A DNA stretch of 45,894 bases from Gammaproteobacteria bacterium (lineage in GTDB: Bacteria > Pseudomonadota > Gammaproteobacteria > Pseudomonadales > Cellvibrionaceae): NCBI GenBank assembly GCA_043745725.1, contig JAYTSJ010000076.1, forward strand, positions 1-45,894, given 5' to 3'. The notes below the pieces were generated by a model. It saw only the letters and a program-made list of their open reading frames with translations. It was not told the origin of the DNA and did not search any database. Below are positions 1 to 9,859 of the stretch, piece by piece. The first letter of the stretch is position 1. Each line of letters starts with the position of its first letter. Position numbers and translations under genes: made by a program.

Positions 1-250
1 CCTGTACAACTCTCATCTCATGGTTCTAATAAATTTTTTACTACCAGTCCCAGATTCCATACGTAAAGTGGCAGGAACCATATTGCCATTCTGTTAAAAC
101 TGGAGCGTCTATTTTTTCAGGCTAGCCACAATAGCTGCTGATGTTCGTATGCCTTGCGGATGTTTCAGCACCCGCTTGCGCCCCAGCATCTTGATAAGGT
201 TTTTCATGGTCCACATCCCATAACATTGATAAATACTTGAGGCTATCCCA

Positions 251-2545
251 ATGATGCATATTAAACGCAACAGACCATTTTTAGCGCGGCTTTTAACGCG
301 GCACCTCTGGCCCAGCCTGGCTTGCTTAACCCTGAGCTTTTCGGCCTACGCACAAACACAGCTTGGCCAAACTCCCGATCGCCCCTGGCTTGAGCCCACC
401 CTGAATCCTGATACGCGCACTCAGCTATTACTGAAGGCGATGACTCAAGATGAAAAACTGCAGTTGGTATTTGGTTACTTCTCAACAGATGCACCTTGGA
501 AAAATTATCAGCGACCTGCAGAAGGATTGAAGCAATCTGCAGGCTACCTTGCAGGAAACCCGCGTCTTGGCATACCTGATGTCAGGCAAACCGATGCAGG
601 TATAGGCGTGGCCAGTCAAGTTGGACCAGACCCCTGGTTGCGCACAGCCCTTCCCTCCAACCTCGCCACGGCTGCTACATGGGATCCTGAGCTCGCCTTT
701 GCCGGTGGGCAAATGATTGGCAATGAAGCGCGGCTTACCGGTTTTAATGTGATGTTGGCCGGCGGAATTAATCTGGTACGCGATCCCCGCGGAGGCCGCA
801 CCTTTGAATACGCGGGGGAGGATCCATTGCTGTCAGCGATGATGGTCGCAGCGCAAATTCGCGGCGTGCAATCGAATCATATTATTTCTACCATCAAACA
901 TTTTGCGTTTAATAATCAGGAAACTAACCGCAACACCTTGAGTTCAAAGATTGGCGATACAGCGGCGCGCATGTCAGATCTACTCGCCTTTCAAATGGCC
1001 ATTGAACAGTCCGAGCCGGGTTCAGTGATGTGTGGCTATAACAGAACCAATGGCTTTTATAATTGTGAAAGTGCGTGGCTGTTAAACGAAGTTTTAAAAA
1101 CTGATTGGGGCTATAAGGGCTTTGTAATGTCTGATTGGGGCGCTGCGCATTCCACGATTCCAGCAGCCAATGCCGGTCTCGATCAGGACTCAGGTTTTCC
1201 GTTTGATGCATCGCCTTACTTCGCTGACGCGCTAAAAGAAGCTGTGGCCAATGGCTATGTCCCGCAATCACGTCTCGATGATATGGCCACACGTATATTG
1301 CGCGCGATGTTTGCCAATGGGTTGTTTGATAACGCCGCCAAAAAAGCTGATATAGATTTTGCTGCTCACGCTCAGGTCACCCGTAAAGATGCAGAAAATG
1401 GCATGGTGTTATTAAAAAATAGCGCAGGAATTTTACCTCTGGCCAAGAGCATCAAGTCCATCGCTATTATTGGCTCCCATGCCGACCTCGGGGTTTTATC
1501 GGGCGGGGGATCGTCCCAGGTTTATCCTATTGGCGGATTAGCAGTGCCTAATGCTGGACCTAAGGTTTTCCCTGGCCCCATGGTATTTTTCCCGTCGTCA
1601 CCTCTGCAAGCTATTGCCGCCCGAGCGACAGGCAAAGTGACTTATGACGAGGGCACTGACCTCAAAAAAGCAGCTACCTTGGCCGCCAAAAGTGACATGG
1701 TGATTATCTTTGCCCACCAGTGGCTGGCAGAGTCAATCGATGGCAATTTAAAACTGGATGACCATCAGGATGAACTGATAAAAACCATCGCGAAAGCCAA
1801 TAAAAAAACCATTGTAGTACTGGAAAATGGCGGCCCGGTATTAATGCCCTGGCTCAATAAAGTTGCAGCAGTATTGGTAGCCTGGTATCCAGGAACCAAT
1901 GGCGGCGAAGCCATTGCTCGCGTACTCAGCGGAGAGGTTAATCCCTCGGGACATCTCCCGCTTACCTTTCCGCAATCTGCCAGCCAATTGCCGCGCCCCT
2001 ATATTGATGGCGATATAAATCAGCCCAACCTGCGCGTTACTGTTGATTACAATATCGAAGGTGCAGCAGTAGGTTATAAATGGTTTGATCGACAAGGATT
2101 GCAACCATTATTTCCATTTGGTTATGGCCTTTCCTACACCGACTTTAACTATTCCGATTTGCGCGTAGAATTCAGCAACGAGCAACTGAGCGTGCAATTT
2201 ACCATGAGCAATACCGGCGCCAAATCGGGAATGGGTGTTGCCCAAATTTATCTGGCACCCGCAGAAGCGCAAACCGCAACAGGTTGGGAAGCACCCAAAC
2301 GCCTCGGTGGTTTCAAAAAACTTGATCTTAAACCCGGCCAAAGCGCGGCAGCAAGTTTGGTGATCGACTTACGCCTACTAGCTGTTTATAACAGCACGCA
2401 GAAAAACTGGAGCATTGCAGCGGGTGATTACAATGTGAGTATTGCAAGGGATGCGCAAACTTCTGTGATAACACAGAAAATTCATGTGCCGGCGCAAACA
2501 TTGAATATGCGTGGGGAGCCGCAAACTTTTGGAAATCAGAAATAA
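251..2545 (+). CDS. Secreted GH3 beta-glucosidase (GH3 N, GH3 C and Fn3-like domains)
   Basis: Signal peptide ending AYA; GRTFEYAGEDP, IKHFAFNNQE, nucleophile motif GFVMSDWG, LFPFGYGLSYT. Confidence 0.95.
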   Translation: MMHIKRNRPFLARLLTRHLWPSLACLTLSFSAYAQTQLGQTPDRPWLEPTLNPDTRTQLLLKAMTQDEKLQLVFGYFSTDAPWKNYQRPAEGLKQSAGYLAGNPRLGIPDVRQTDAGIGVASQVGPDPWLRTALPSNLATAATWDPELAFAGGQMIGNEARLTGFNVMLAGGINLVRDPRGGRTFEYAGEDPLLSAMMVAAQIRGVQSNHIISTIKHFAFNNQETNRNTLSSKIGDTAARMSDLLAFQMAIEQSEPGSVMCGYNRTNGFYNCESAWLLNEVLKTDWGYKGFVMSDWGAAHSTIPAANAGLDQDSGFPFDASPYFADALKEAVANGYVPQSRLDDMATRILRAMFANGLFDNAAKKADIDFAAHAQVTRKDAENGMVLLKNSAGILPLAKSIKSIAIIGSHADLGVLSGGGSSQVYPIGGLAVPNAGPKVFPGPMVFFPSSPLQAIAARATGKVTYDEGTDLKKAATLAAKSDMVIIFAHQWLAESIDGNLKLDDHQDELIKTIAKANKKTIVVLENGGPVLMPWLNKVAAVLVAWYPGTNGGEAIARVLSGEVNPSGHLPLTFPQSASQLPRPYIDGDINQPNLRVTVDYNIEGAAVGYKWFDRQGLQPLFPFGYGLSYTDFNYSDLRVEFSNEQLSVQFTMSNTGAKSGMGVAQIYLAPAEAQTATGWEAPKRLGGFKKLDLKPGQSAAASLVIDLRLLAVYNSTQKNWSIAAGDYNVSIARDAQTSVITQKIHVPAQTLNMRGEPQTFGNQK

Positions 2546-2571
2546 ATATTTAACGAGTAGTGATTAAACAT

Positions 2572-2614
2572 TAAAGCCACAGAGTAACAATTTATTTTTT
2601 ACTCTGTGGCTTTA
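2572..2614. terminator. Bidirectional intrinsic terminator between convergent genes
   Basis: TAAAGCCACAGAGTAA ... TTACTCTGTGGCTTTA inverted repeat with A/T flanks. Confidence 0.8.
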
Positions 2615-2689
2615 TAATATTGAACTTAGGTATCAGCTCAGTACTTTCAGCAGTTATTAGAATGAAAGATTTGAATTAATGATGCACCA

Positions 2690-3481
2690 TCACTCCAAAT
2701 CATTAGCCGCAATTACCGTGCGCAACTCTGAAATATACACTGGGCCACGGCCACAATATTTACCTAAACCCGCAATCAATGCATTACCGGTAAAGGCATT
2801 TTCTTTGTCGCGAATTTTGGCGCGCAAGTCGCGCAAATTGCGATAGGCATTATGGGTATTAATATTGCGGTAATAGGAATTAAGTGAATCTTCCACACTA
2901 TCGAATTTGCGCACTTCATGTTTAGCGGATGCCGCACGGTGTTCAGGCACTAAGCCACAGCCCGGGGTGTAGCACCATTGGCCAAATAAATTATTCGCTT
3001 CCTCAGAAAACCGCGATGTACCCCAACCGGATTCTATGGCCGCCTGAGCAAGCACCATGGCCGCAGGAATAATATCTACACGCAGCAATAAAATATCAAT
3101 TGCTTTAGCATCGCTTGGATAATCTTCTTTGCTTACATTAAAATCTTCGCGCAACAGCGCTAGCTGCTCGGTATTGGTAAAACTCAGCTCATGGTTTTGC
3201 GCAAGCTCATTTTTAATTTCGATAAGATGCTCGCGGGTAGTCAGCAGCAAACTATTTTTTTGCTCAACCAAAGGGCGCAAGGTTTCAATAAACAATTGCT
3301 TACGCTCAGGCGCTTGATCAATGGCAGAAAAATCAGGCAAGAGCGTATTGCTGGTGAGTTCATCGCTATCTATGCCGCCACCCAGTGGATTAAGTGCCAG
3401 CGCAAACACTAGCACCAAACAAACAATAGGATAAGTCACTAAAGCTAAACCAATAAACCATTGCGAGATATTTTTTTTCAT
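2690..3481 (-). CDS. Bax-like glucosaminidase (GH73-type) with N-terminal membrane anchor
   Basis: LAQAAIESGWGTSRF, NNLFGQWC, YYRNINTHNAY motifs typical of Bax proteins. Confidence 0.88.
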   Translation of the reverse strand: MKKNISQWFIGLALVTYPIVCLVLVFALALNPLGGGIDSDELTSNTLLPDFSAIDQAPERKQLFIETLRPLVEQKNSLLLTTREHLIEIKNELAQNHELSFTNTEQLALLREDFNVSKEDYPSDAKAIDILLLRVDIIPAAMVLAQAAIESGWGTSRFSEEANNLFGQWCYTPGCGLVPEHRAASAKHEVRKFDSVEDSLNSYYRNINTHNAYRNLRDLRAKIRDKENAFTGNALIAGLGKYCGRGPVYISELRTVIAANDLE

Positions 3482-3528
3482 AGTGTTCCTAAAAATTTTC
3501 CTAACTGTTGAATAAATATAATTTAATA

Positions 3529-4203
3529 CTAAACATCTAGCTGCTTACGCATAGCTTCCATGCGCTGTAGATTTTCTGTTTTACTTAATGGTGTTTCAAT
3601 TGTTTCCGGCAAAGTTAAAGTGCTAGGCGCAGGTAACGTTTCACCATTCATTACCCGCTCGCACAGCTTTTTATAATGACGCTCAAAAATAGGGAAAGCG
3701 ATTTTTTCCATATTGTTCGCAAGAAAAAACCAATCACTCGCGCAACCTGCGTGATAAACCGCTGCATGACTCCAGGCATAATTTGCTTTCGGACTAGGAG
3801 CGCGACAAGCCTCCACATAAGCTTTGTGAACGTCAATTAAACCGTATTTTTCTGGATCGCCTTGGCATGCGCGAATCATACGATGCAGCGTGGGCAAATA
3901 ATCCGATTCCTCAATAACTTTTTTTGCACCGCGTAAAATTGTTTCGGGCGCATAACCTGATAATGATTCCAGCCATAAACGTTGCACTTGATTATTCGTT
4001 TCAATATCTTTAAAAGCACTGTAATACTGATTGTGATAATTGATACGAAATAGCGCAAACACCTGAGTAATCGCATCTATATGCGCATTACTAGGAATCG
4101 TTTTTTGTTGTTCGCTACCGCGCCCAGCTTCGATCGTTGAGTTGTTCGGCGAGGCTGCGATCTCTTGTGCGACCTGTTGGATTAGCGAGTTGCTGTCCTG
4201 CAT
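3529..4203 (-). CDS. dopE: Lambda replication protein P-like helicase loader (DopE-like)
   Basis: LPTL..MI..C, AYVEAC, WSHAAVYHAG motifs of the phage P family; immediately downstream of the DnaT-like gene; AAGG RBS before the ATG. Confidence 0.8.
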   Translation of the reverse strand: MQDSNSLIQQVAQEIAASPNNSTIEAGRGSEQQKTIPSNAHIDAITQVFALFRINYHNQYYSAFKDIETNNQVQRLWLESLSGYAPETILRGAKKVIEESDYLPTLHRMIRACQGDPEKYGLIDVHKAYVEACRAPSPKANYAWSHAAVYHAGCASDWFFLANNMEKIAFPIFERHYKKLCERVMNGETLPAPSTLTLPETIETPLSKTENLQRMEAMRKQLDV

Positions 4204-5287
4204 GGTGATTACCTTGCTGCGATGTTAATGTTAGCGATGTTGAAAGCGTGAGGGCATGTTGTTTCGCCCAATGAAATTTTACGTGCTGCAAAAATTTAGT
4301 ATTCCAGGAAGCGTAAACCTGATTGCTATCGCGCCAAAATAATAAAAATTCAGCAACCTGGCGTTTCGCAAATTCCATATCGATATTCGCCAGCCGCAAG
4401 ACATCGAACAAATCATTGCTCGGCTGCCAATTGTCGGGGATACGGCGCGGCTCAGTATCGTGCTCCAACGCTGAACTGTAACGTACCCACTGGCGCTTTA
4501 CATGTTGAATAAATTTGCTGTTCCAGGTGCGCCCTACTTCACCGCGCTCTTGCCAATAAAGCATAAATTCGGGAATGGCATCTTCCACAAAAGCGAGGCT
4601 AATGTTCGCGTGCTTAACCAATACTTCCAATGCATCCTGGCTTGGTCGCCATTCACTGTACATAGCAATTTCTTGATCGCGTTTTATAAAATCCGTTTCA
4701 ATATTGCGTTGCTGCTTTGCCGTTTGTGTTTCGTGATTGCGCCACTTGTGCAGTAAATCTTTTAAAAATTTAGCGCCCCACGAATGACTGGTTTCACCGC
4801 GCTCGCGCCAGTAGGTAATAAACTCCGGAAGCTGCAAGCGCACAAAATCCTCGGGAATATTATATTGCGCAATTTGTCGCATTAACTCCCGGTCTGGTTG
4901 CCAGGTGGGTGAAATTAAATTCGCGCCAACGCCCATATTAACGATGGGCAGCGAGCTATTGTTTGCAGCAGCAATAGGTTGTGTTTCATTAAAAGCCAGC
5001 GTCAAACGCCGGCTTTCAACATAGGGAGCAGAATCCAACAGAATGATTCCCTTGTCGCACAAATTTTTACAGATACGTTGAATATCGTACTCAGTCCAAA
5101 ACGGCATAGCCTGGTTAATCAGCACATCATCGATATCCAGCCACTTCATGCCCTTCAGGGCAAGCAAAGGGCGATAGGCTGCAATATCGCTCAACAATGA
5201 GAGCATGCATGCTTCTTCAAGACCGATGGTAGCTGCCAGCGAAGGTGAAACTAACAGCGGCTTTTCAGGAATTAGGGATGAGCTCAT
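4115..5287 (-). CDS. dopC: Protein with N-terminal winged-helix-like region and three DnaT-like repeats (DopC-like, lambda O-derived)
   Basis: N-terminal SPSLAATIGLEEA; three repeats of W.P.....L......F......EF..YW.......W..KF. Confidence 0.8.
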   Translation of the reverse strand: MSSSLIPEKPLLVSPSLAATIGLEEACMLSLLSDIAAYRPLLALKGMKWLDIDDVLINQAMPFWTEYDIQRICKNLCDKGIILLDSAPYVESRRLTLAFNETQPIAAANNSSLPIVNMGVGANLISPTWQPDRELMRQIAQYNIPEDFVRLQLPEFITYWRERGETSHSWGAKFLKDLLHKWRNHETQTAKQQRNIETDFIKRDQEIAMYSEWRPSQDALEVLVKHANISLAFVEDAIPEFMLYWQERGEVGRTWNSKFIQHVKRQWVRYSSALEHDTEPRRIPDNWQPSNDLFDVLRLANIDMEFAKRQVAEFLLFWRDSNQVYASWNTKFLQHVKFHWAKQHALTLSTSLTLTSQQGNHHAGQQLANPTGRTRDRSLAEQLNDRSWAR

Positions 5288-5407
5288 GAATGTACAAGTT
5301 TATGAGGGGCGCAATTGGCCAAAAGACAAAGGTGGAATTGTAGGGATATGCGCGAACCTGCGCTAGGGGTTTAGGGTTAAGGAGCCATAGAAGATCTGAT
5401 TTATTCA

Positions 5408-5453
5408 TACATCAACCGTTACAACTTGATACAACTTGCCGTTGACTGTTACA
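5408..5453 (+). promoter_or_regulatory. Putative RstA/OmpR-type direct-repeat binding site
   Basis: TACA at 5408, 5420, 5430 and 5450; core TACA-N6-TACA; upstream of a cluster encoding an RstA-like regulator. Confidence 0.5.
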
Positions 5454-5528
5454 GCCTTAGCGTCATCTTCCGCGTAAACTGCCCCCAGTTCATCTCTAAC
5501 AGCGCCTTTACGCCAAAGGAATATAACT

Positions 5529-7607
5529 ATGCGCCGCCATAAATTACCACAACTCAGCTTGCTTGTTTTACTCATAGCAACACAAGTCAACGCAGCTGAA
5601 GTACCAAATGAACCATCAAATGAAGTGCTAAAAAATAAACCCGCTATCAATAAGGATATTGAAGAGGTGCTAGTCATTAGCCATCGCGAAAGCGATTACT
5701 CCGTGATTACTGAGCATGCACAAAAAATTATTGATGTGCCGGGTTCCCTAGGCGATCAACTAATGGCAGCATTTAGTTTACCCGGCGTATTAAGCCAGGG
5801 TGAAGCTGGTGCGCCAGCGGTACGCGGTTCATCTCCGAGTGACAACCGCTATATGGTCGATGGCGCTCCAGCAGGCTATGTATTCCATTCATTTTCCACC
5901 TCTATTTTTAATGAAAATATTATTCAGGATTTTGAATTATATTCAGCGGGCTTTGGCCCAAAATACAGCAATGCGATTGGTGGCGTATTTGATATTAAGT
6001 TGCGCGACCCCAAGCATGAGCCGCTAACAACCAAGGTGGATTTTTCTGTGTTGCGTGCTGGAATATTTGTTGAAGGTGAAGCCACTGAAAATTCAGCTTT
6101 CTATCTTTCCGCAAGATCCAGCATGTTGCAATATTTCATGGATGATAAATCCAAAAAAAATATTGAAAAACAAGATGGAATTCGTGTACAAACTGCGCCC
6201 CAGGATACTGACTACCAATTAAAATATGTTTACGACATTAACGAAAGTAATCAATTGAAAATCAGCGCTAATGGGGCGACTGATTTAGCAGCAGCAGAAT
6301 TTACCAATCTCTCAAAAGAAGTTCTTGAAGATCCCGATTTTGCAGGCGACGCTAAACTTAAAACCAAATTTAGTAATGCTGCCATTAGCTGGACCCTCAG
6401 TGGTGATCATGGTGAGGCCTTGAATATTCAGGCAGGGCATTATGATAATCACACAGATACCCATTGGGGCAACGATCAATATCTGTTTAACATGAAAAAT
6501 TCTGATACTTATTTAATTGCAAACTATGAGTTTGTTGTTGCGAACAATCACAACATGTCTGTGGGAGCAGAAGCGCATCAACTGAATTATCGTTATGATG
6601 CGCGCTTTATAAATTATGTGTGCACTGAAACTGACCCCGACTGCGCATTGCGACGCGGCGAATTAATTAATGCCAGTGATACTATTAAAGTCAATGAAGA
6701 TATGTTTTATGCAAATGATCATTGGGATATGACGCGTACTTTTGCATTAGACGTAGGCGTGCAAACACACTATAACGATTTCACTCAAGAAACTTTTTTT
6801 AATCCCCGCCTTGCGGCAACATGGAGTTTTATAGATAACTGGAAATTAAGTTCATCACTTGGCGCCTACAATCGTTTCCCTGAAGTCGATAAGCTGTTCC
6901 CGGAAATTGGCAATCCCGACTTAAAATCACCTACATCCAATCATTTTACATTGGGCCTTAAACATAATATTGACAATGGCTGGAGTTGGTCCGTTACTGG
7001 TTATTACAAAACCATGGATGAATTACCGCTTGCGATGGGAGTCAATGACACACCCAATTACACCAACTATACTGAAGGCAAAGCCTATGGTATGGATATA
7101 TTTATCAACAAAGAATTAACGGATAAATGGTACGGTTGGTTAGCGATCAGCGCATCAAAAAGCTTACGCACTAATAAACTAACTGATGCTGAAAGCAATT
7201 ATTATTTAGATACTCCCGTCGTTATAAATTGGGTAATGAATTATAAATTAACAGATAGATGGACAATGGGCTCTCGCTTTACCGTACAAACCGGGCGCGC
7301 TTATACGCCCATTGTTGGCGTGCAAAAAAATCCCTATTTCGATAACCATATATTACCGGTATATGGCGAAGCTTTTTCAGAAAACTTGCCAACTTATACT
7401 CGACTGGATTTGCGCTTTAAATATGACACTACATTTTGGCATCATAAGGGAACCTATAATATTGATATTCTCAATGCGCTGAATCGTCAGAATGTAACCG
7501 ACAGAAATTTAGACTATAAACGCACTACGTCTCCGCAAGATTTCAAATTGGAAGATCAAGTGGGCTTGGGGATTATTCCTGCGGTAGGTATGTCGGTTAC
7601 TTTCTAA
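5529..7607 (+). CDS. TonB-dependent outer-membrane receptor
   Basis: Signal peptide, TonB box IEEVLVIS, plug motifs VRG and GGVFDI, barrel C-terminus ending in F. Confidence 0.93.
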   Translation: MRRHKLPQLSLLVLLIATQVNAAEVPNEPSNEVLKNKPAINKDIEEVLVISHRESDYSVITEHAQKIIDVPGSLGDQLMAAFSLPGVLSQGEAGAPAVRGSSPSDNRYMVDGAPAGYVFHSFSTSIFNENIIQDFELYSAGFGPKYSNAIGGVFDIKLRDPKHEPLTTKVDFSVLRAGIFVEGEATENSAFYLSARSSMLQYFMDDKSKKNIEKQDGIRVQTAPQDTDYQLKYVYDINESNQLKISANGATDLAAAEFTNLSKEVLEDPDFAGDAKLKTKFSNAAISWTLSGDHGEALNIQAGHYDNHTDTHWGNDQYLFNMKNSDTYLIANYEFVVANNHNMSVGAEAHQLNYRYDARFINYVCTETDPDCALRRGELINASDTIKVNEDMFYANDHWDMTRTFALDVGVQTHYNDFTQETFFNPRLAATWSFIDNWKLSSSLGAYNRFPEVDKLFPEIGNPDLKSPTSNHFTLGLKHNIDNGWSWSVTGYYKTMDELPLAMGVNDTPNYTNYTEGKAYGMDIFINKELTDKWYGWLAISASKSLRTNKLTDAESNYYLDTPVVINWVMNYKLTDRWTMGSRFTVQTGRAYTPIVGVQKNPYFDNHILPVYGEAFSENLPTYTRLDLRFKYDTTFWHHKGTYNIDILNALNRQNVTDRNLDYKRTTSPQDFKLEDQVGLGIIPAVGMSVTF

Positions 7608-7723
7608 AAGTTGAAGTCTACTTATGTTCACAATTACTGTTAACATAATGCACACCCAATATTAGTGAATGGAATATCATCAAACCTATCAGCAAACCAA
7701 TGCAATCAGCAACAATTATAAAA

Positions 7724-7817
7724 TTAAACACCTCGCCGCAAGCAGCGAGGTATATTTTTTTTCCAAAAATCTATTCCGTGGTAAGCCACGGGGAATTTAA
7801 CCCTCGCTTGCGATTAA
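7724..7817. mobile_element. Possible non-autonomous palindromic miniature element (IS200/IS605 end-like, PATE/MITE-like)
   Basis: Two GC-rich hairpins (ACCTCGC-cgcaagca-GCGAGGT; CCGTGG-taag-CCACGG) bounded by TTAA on both sides in AT-rich DNA. Confidence 0.4.
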
Positions 7818-7827
7818 TGGTTCACTC

Positions 7828-8670
7828 ATGATTATTCAAAAAATTTCACAATTACTTTTTTGCGTCCTTATTGTTACCGCGCTTGAATGTAATGCGGGTG
7901 ATTTATCTGCCGATGTAGGCAAGGGTGCAAATAGCCCGAACAGTGTCGATGGCAGTTATTTTGAAATAGGCGCAGGTGTAAGTATTGGGAATAATATATA
8001 TTACGGAATTCCCGAAGGTAACAGGCACGGCAAAGTACTTTTTACTTTGGAGCCTAGTGTCAATATGCGCATGCAAAATAACGGTTGGTTTATGGAGGCT
8101 TTTTCGGCCAGTTTTGAAGCCTTTACTCTGGGATATAATCTGATCAATGATGATCATTGGTCATTTGATCTTGTGGGGCTGCAGCAGCATCCCGAGATTA
8201 GCAGTGAAGAAAGTAAAGATTTAAAAGGATTACGAGCTCGTCATTTCGATTTTATGTCGGGCCCGCGCGTAACGGGTTATTTGGGTAATTATATTGTACA
8301 AATACATGCGCTTACTGATATTAGCGATACTCATAATGGCCAGGTTTTATCGGCAAAATTTGCGCGTCATTGGCAATATAAAAACTGGAATATTCATGCG
8401 ATTGGTGGCATGAGTTACCGCTCATCTCGAGTTGCTGATTATTATTTCTCCGTAGAATCGAAAGATGCGACAGAAAAATTTCCGGAGTTTCATGCACAAG
8501 CCGGATTTATTCGCATGTTTGAAGTGGGAGCAACTTATCCACTGAGTCAAAAATGGGTTTTTAGAGGTTCCCTTCGACATTATGAATTAGAACCACAATG
8601 GTCTGACAGCCCCATACTGGCAACGACTCATGCGAGTATGCTTTTATCATCCTTCAGTTATGTATTTTAA
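7828..8670 (+). CDS. MipA/OmpV-family outer-membrane protein
   Basis: Amphipathic beta strands, DYYFSV and DSPI motifs, C-terminal SYVF. Confidence 0.85.
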   Translation: MIIQKISQLLFCVLIVTALECNAGDLSADVGKGANSPNSVDGSYFEIGAGVSIGNNIYYGIPEGNRHGKVLFTLEPSVNMRMQNNGWFMEAFSASFEAFTLGYNLINDDHWSFDLVGLQQHPEISSEESKDLKGLRARHFDFMSGPRVTGYLGNYIVQIHALTDISDTHNGQVLSAKFARHWQYKNWNIHAIGGMSYRSSRVADYYFSVESKDATEKFPEFHAQAGFIRMFEVGATYPLSQKWVFRGSLRHYELEPQWSDSPILATTHASMLLSSFSYVF

Positions 8671-9107
8671 TGTACATGAAAGAAAACAAGCGACAATGCC
8701 AAACAGTTTCTATAAGGCGATATAAGTTCGTCTTACTATTGTGTGTTGCATTGTTTTCTCTCTGCAATTATGCAAACGCTGCGAGCAATGAAACACAGCT
8801 ATTCATTAAACCCGCGCGCTGCATTGCATTGCATGAGGGCCAAGTCTGTTATCAAACAATAAAAATTATTTGGCAAACCGATATTGCCGACAATTATTGT
8901 CTTTTGCAGCAAGGGAATAATACGCCCTTGTTATGCTGGGAACACTCGTCAAGCGGCACTGGCACTTATGAATTCGCAAACAATACCTCTGTTAAATTAA
9001 TATTAACCCGCACACGTGACGGGCAAGCCATAGCAGAATTTATGATGGAGGTTGCCTGGGTTTACGAAGCAAATTCACACCGCGAAAGCCATTGGAGAAT
9101 ATTTTAA
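8670..9107 (+). CDS. DUF3019-like exported protein
   Basis: Signal peptide, P.RCIALHEGQVC motif, C-terminal WRIF; usual position between mipA and a response regulator. Confidence 0.75.
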   Translation: MYMKENKRQCQTVSIRRYKFVLLLCVALFSLCNYANAASNETQLFIKPARCIALHEGQVCYQTIKIIWQTDIADNYCLLQQGNNTPLLCWEHSSSGTGTYEFANNTSVKLILTRTRDGQAIAEFMMEVAWVYEANSHRESHWRIF

Positions 9108-9859
9108 TGTCCGACATACAACAGCCACATTTATTGTTGGTGGAAGACGACACCTCTCTAGCCGAATGGATAATGGATTATTTGTCATCGCACGGTTATC
9201 GCATTAGTCACATAAATCGTGGCGACATTGCACTTACAAGCATTCAACAATTACAGCCAGATCTCGTCATTTTAGATGTAATGTTACCGCACAAAAATGG
9301 TTTTGATATTTGTCGTGAGGCGCGAATTTTTTATCATCATCCAATTCTTATGCTGACCGCATGCGGTGAAGAAGTTGACGAAATATTGGGCCTGGAATTA
9401 GGTGCAAATGATTATCTCAGCAAACCGGTAAAACCGCGCGTATTGCTTGCGCGCATTAAAGCCCTACTGCGTAACGATCTACCACGAAAAGAAATAGGGA
9501 ATACAGAGCAACCACATACGTTAATGTTTGGTCAGCTCAAAATTACACAGGACACTAAAGCCGTGACTTTACACGGCAAAAATATTGCCATTACGTCTAA
9601 TGAATTTGATGTGCTTTGGTTGTTAGCATTGCGTGCAGGAAAAGTTATTAGCCGCGAAGAGTTGGTTACCCAATTACGTGGCATTGAATATGATGGCTTG
9701 GATCGCTCAATTGATATTCGTATTTCGCGTTTGCGAAAAAAATTACACGACAATGTTGCACAACCCTATCGCATAAAAACAATATGGACGAAAGGTTATT
9801 TATTTGCAGCAGATGCCTGGGAAGAAGATGCTTCGGATAAAACTGGAGCTGAGGAGTGA
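9107..9859 (+). CDS. OmpR-family response regulator (RstA-like)
   Basis: LLVEDD, LDVMLP, DYLSKP and DRSIDIRISRLRKK; ATG at 9107 overlaps upstream TAA, with GGAG RBS. Confidence 0.93.
   Translation: MSDIQQPHLLLVEDDTSLAEWIMDYLSSHGYRISHINRGDIALTSIQQLQPDLVILDVMLPHKNGFDICREARIFYHHPILMLTACGEEVDEILGLELGANDYLSKPVKPRVLLARIKALLRNDLPRKEIGNTEQPHTLMFGQLKITQDTKAVTLHGKNIAITSNEFDVLWLLALRAGKVISREELVTQLRGIEYDGLDRSIDIRISRLRKKLHDNVAQPYRIKTIWTKGYLFAADAWEEDASDKTGAEE

Noticed and set aside
136-170. GU-rich hairpin in the GH3 leader as a riboswitch
   Set aside because: Weak pairing and no recognisable aptamer or expression platform
3529-5287. Prophage suggested by lambda O/P-like genes
   Set aside because: No integrase, structural, lysis or repressor genes nearby; fits a domesticated host locus
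5405-5677. Antisense and alternative-frame ORFs overlapping long genes (this one and many others in the track)
   Set aside because: Shadows of well-supported genes, with no motifs or RBS
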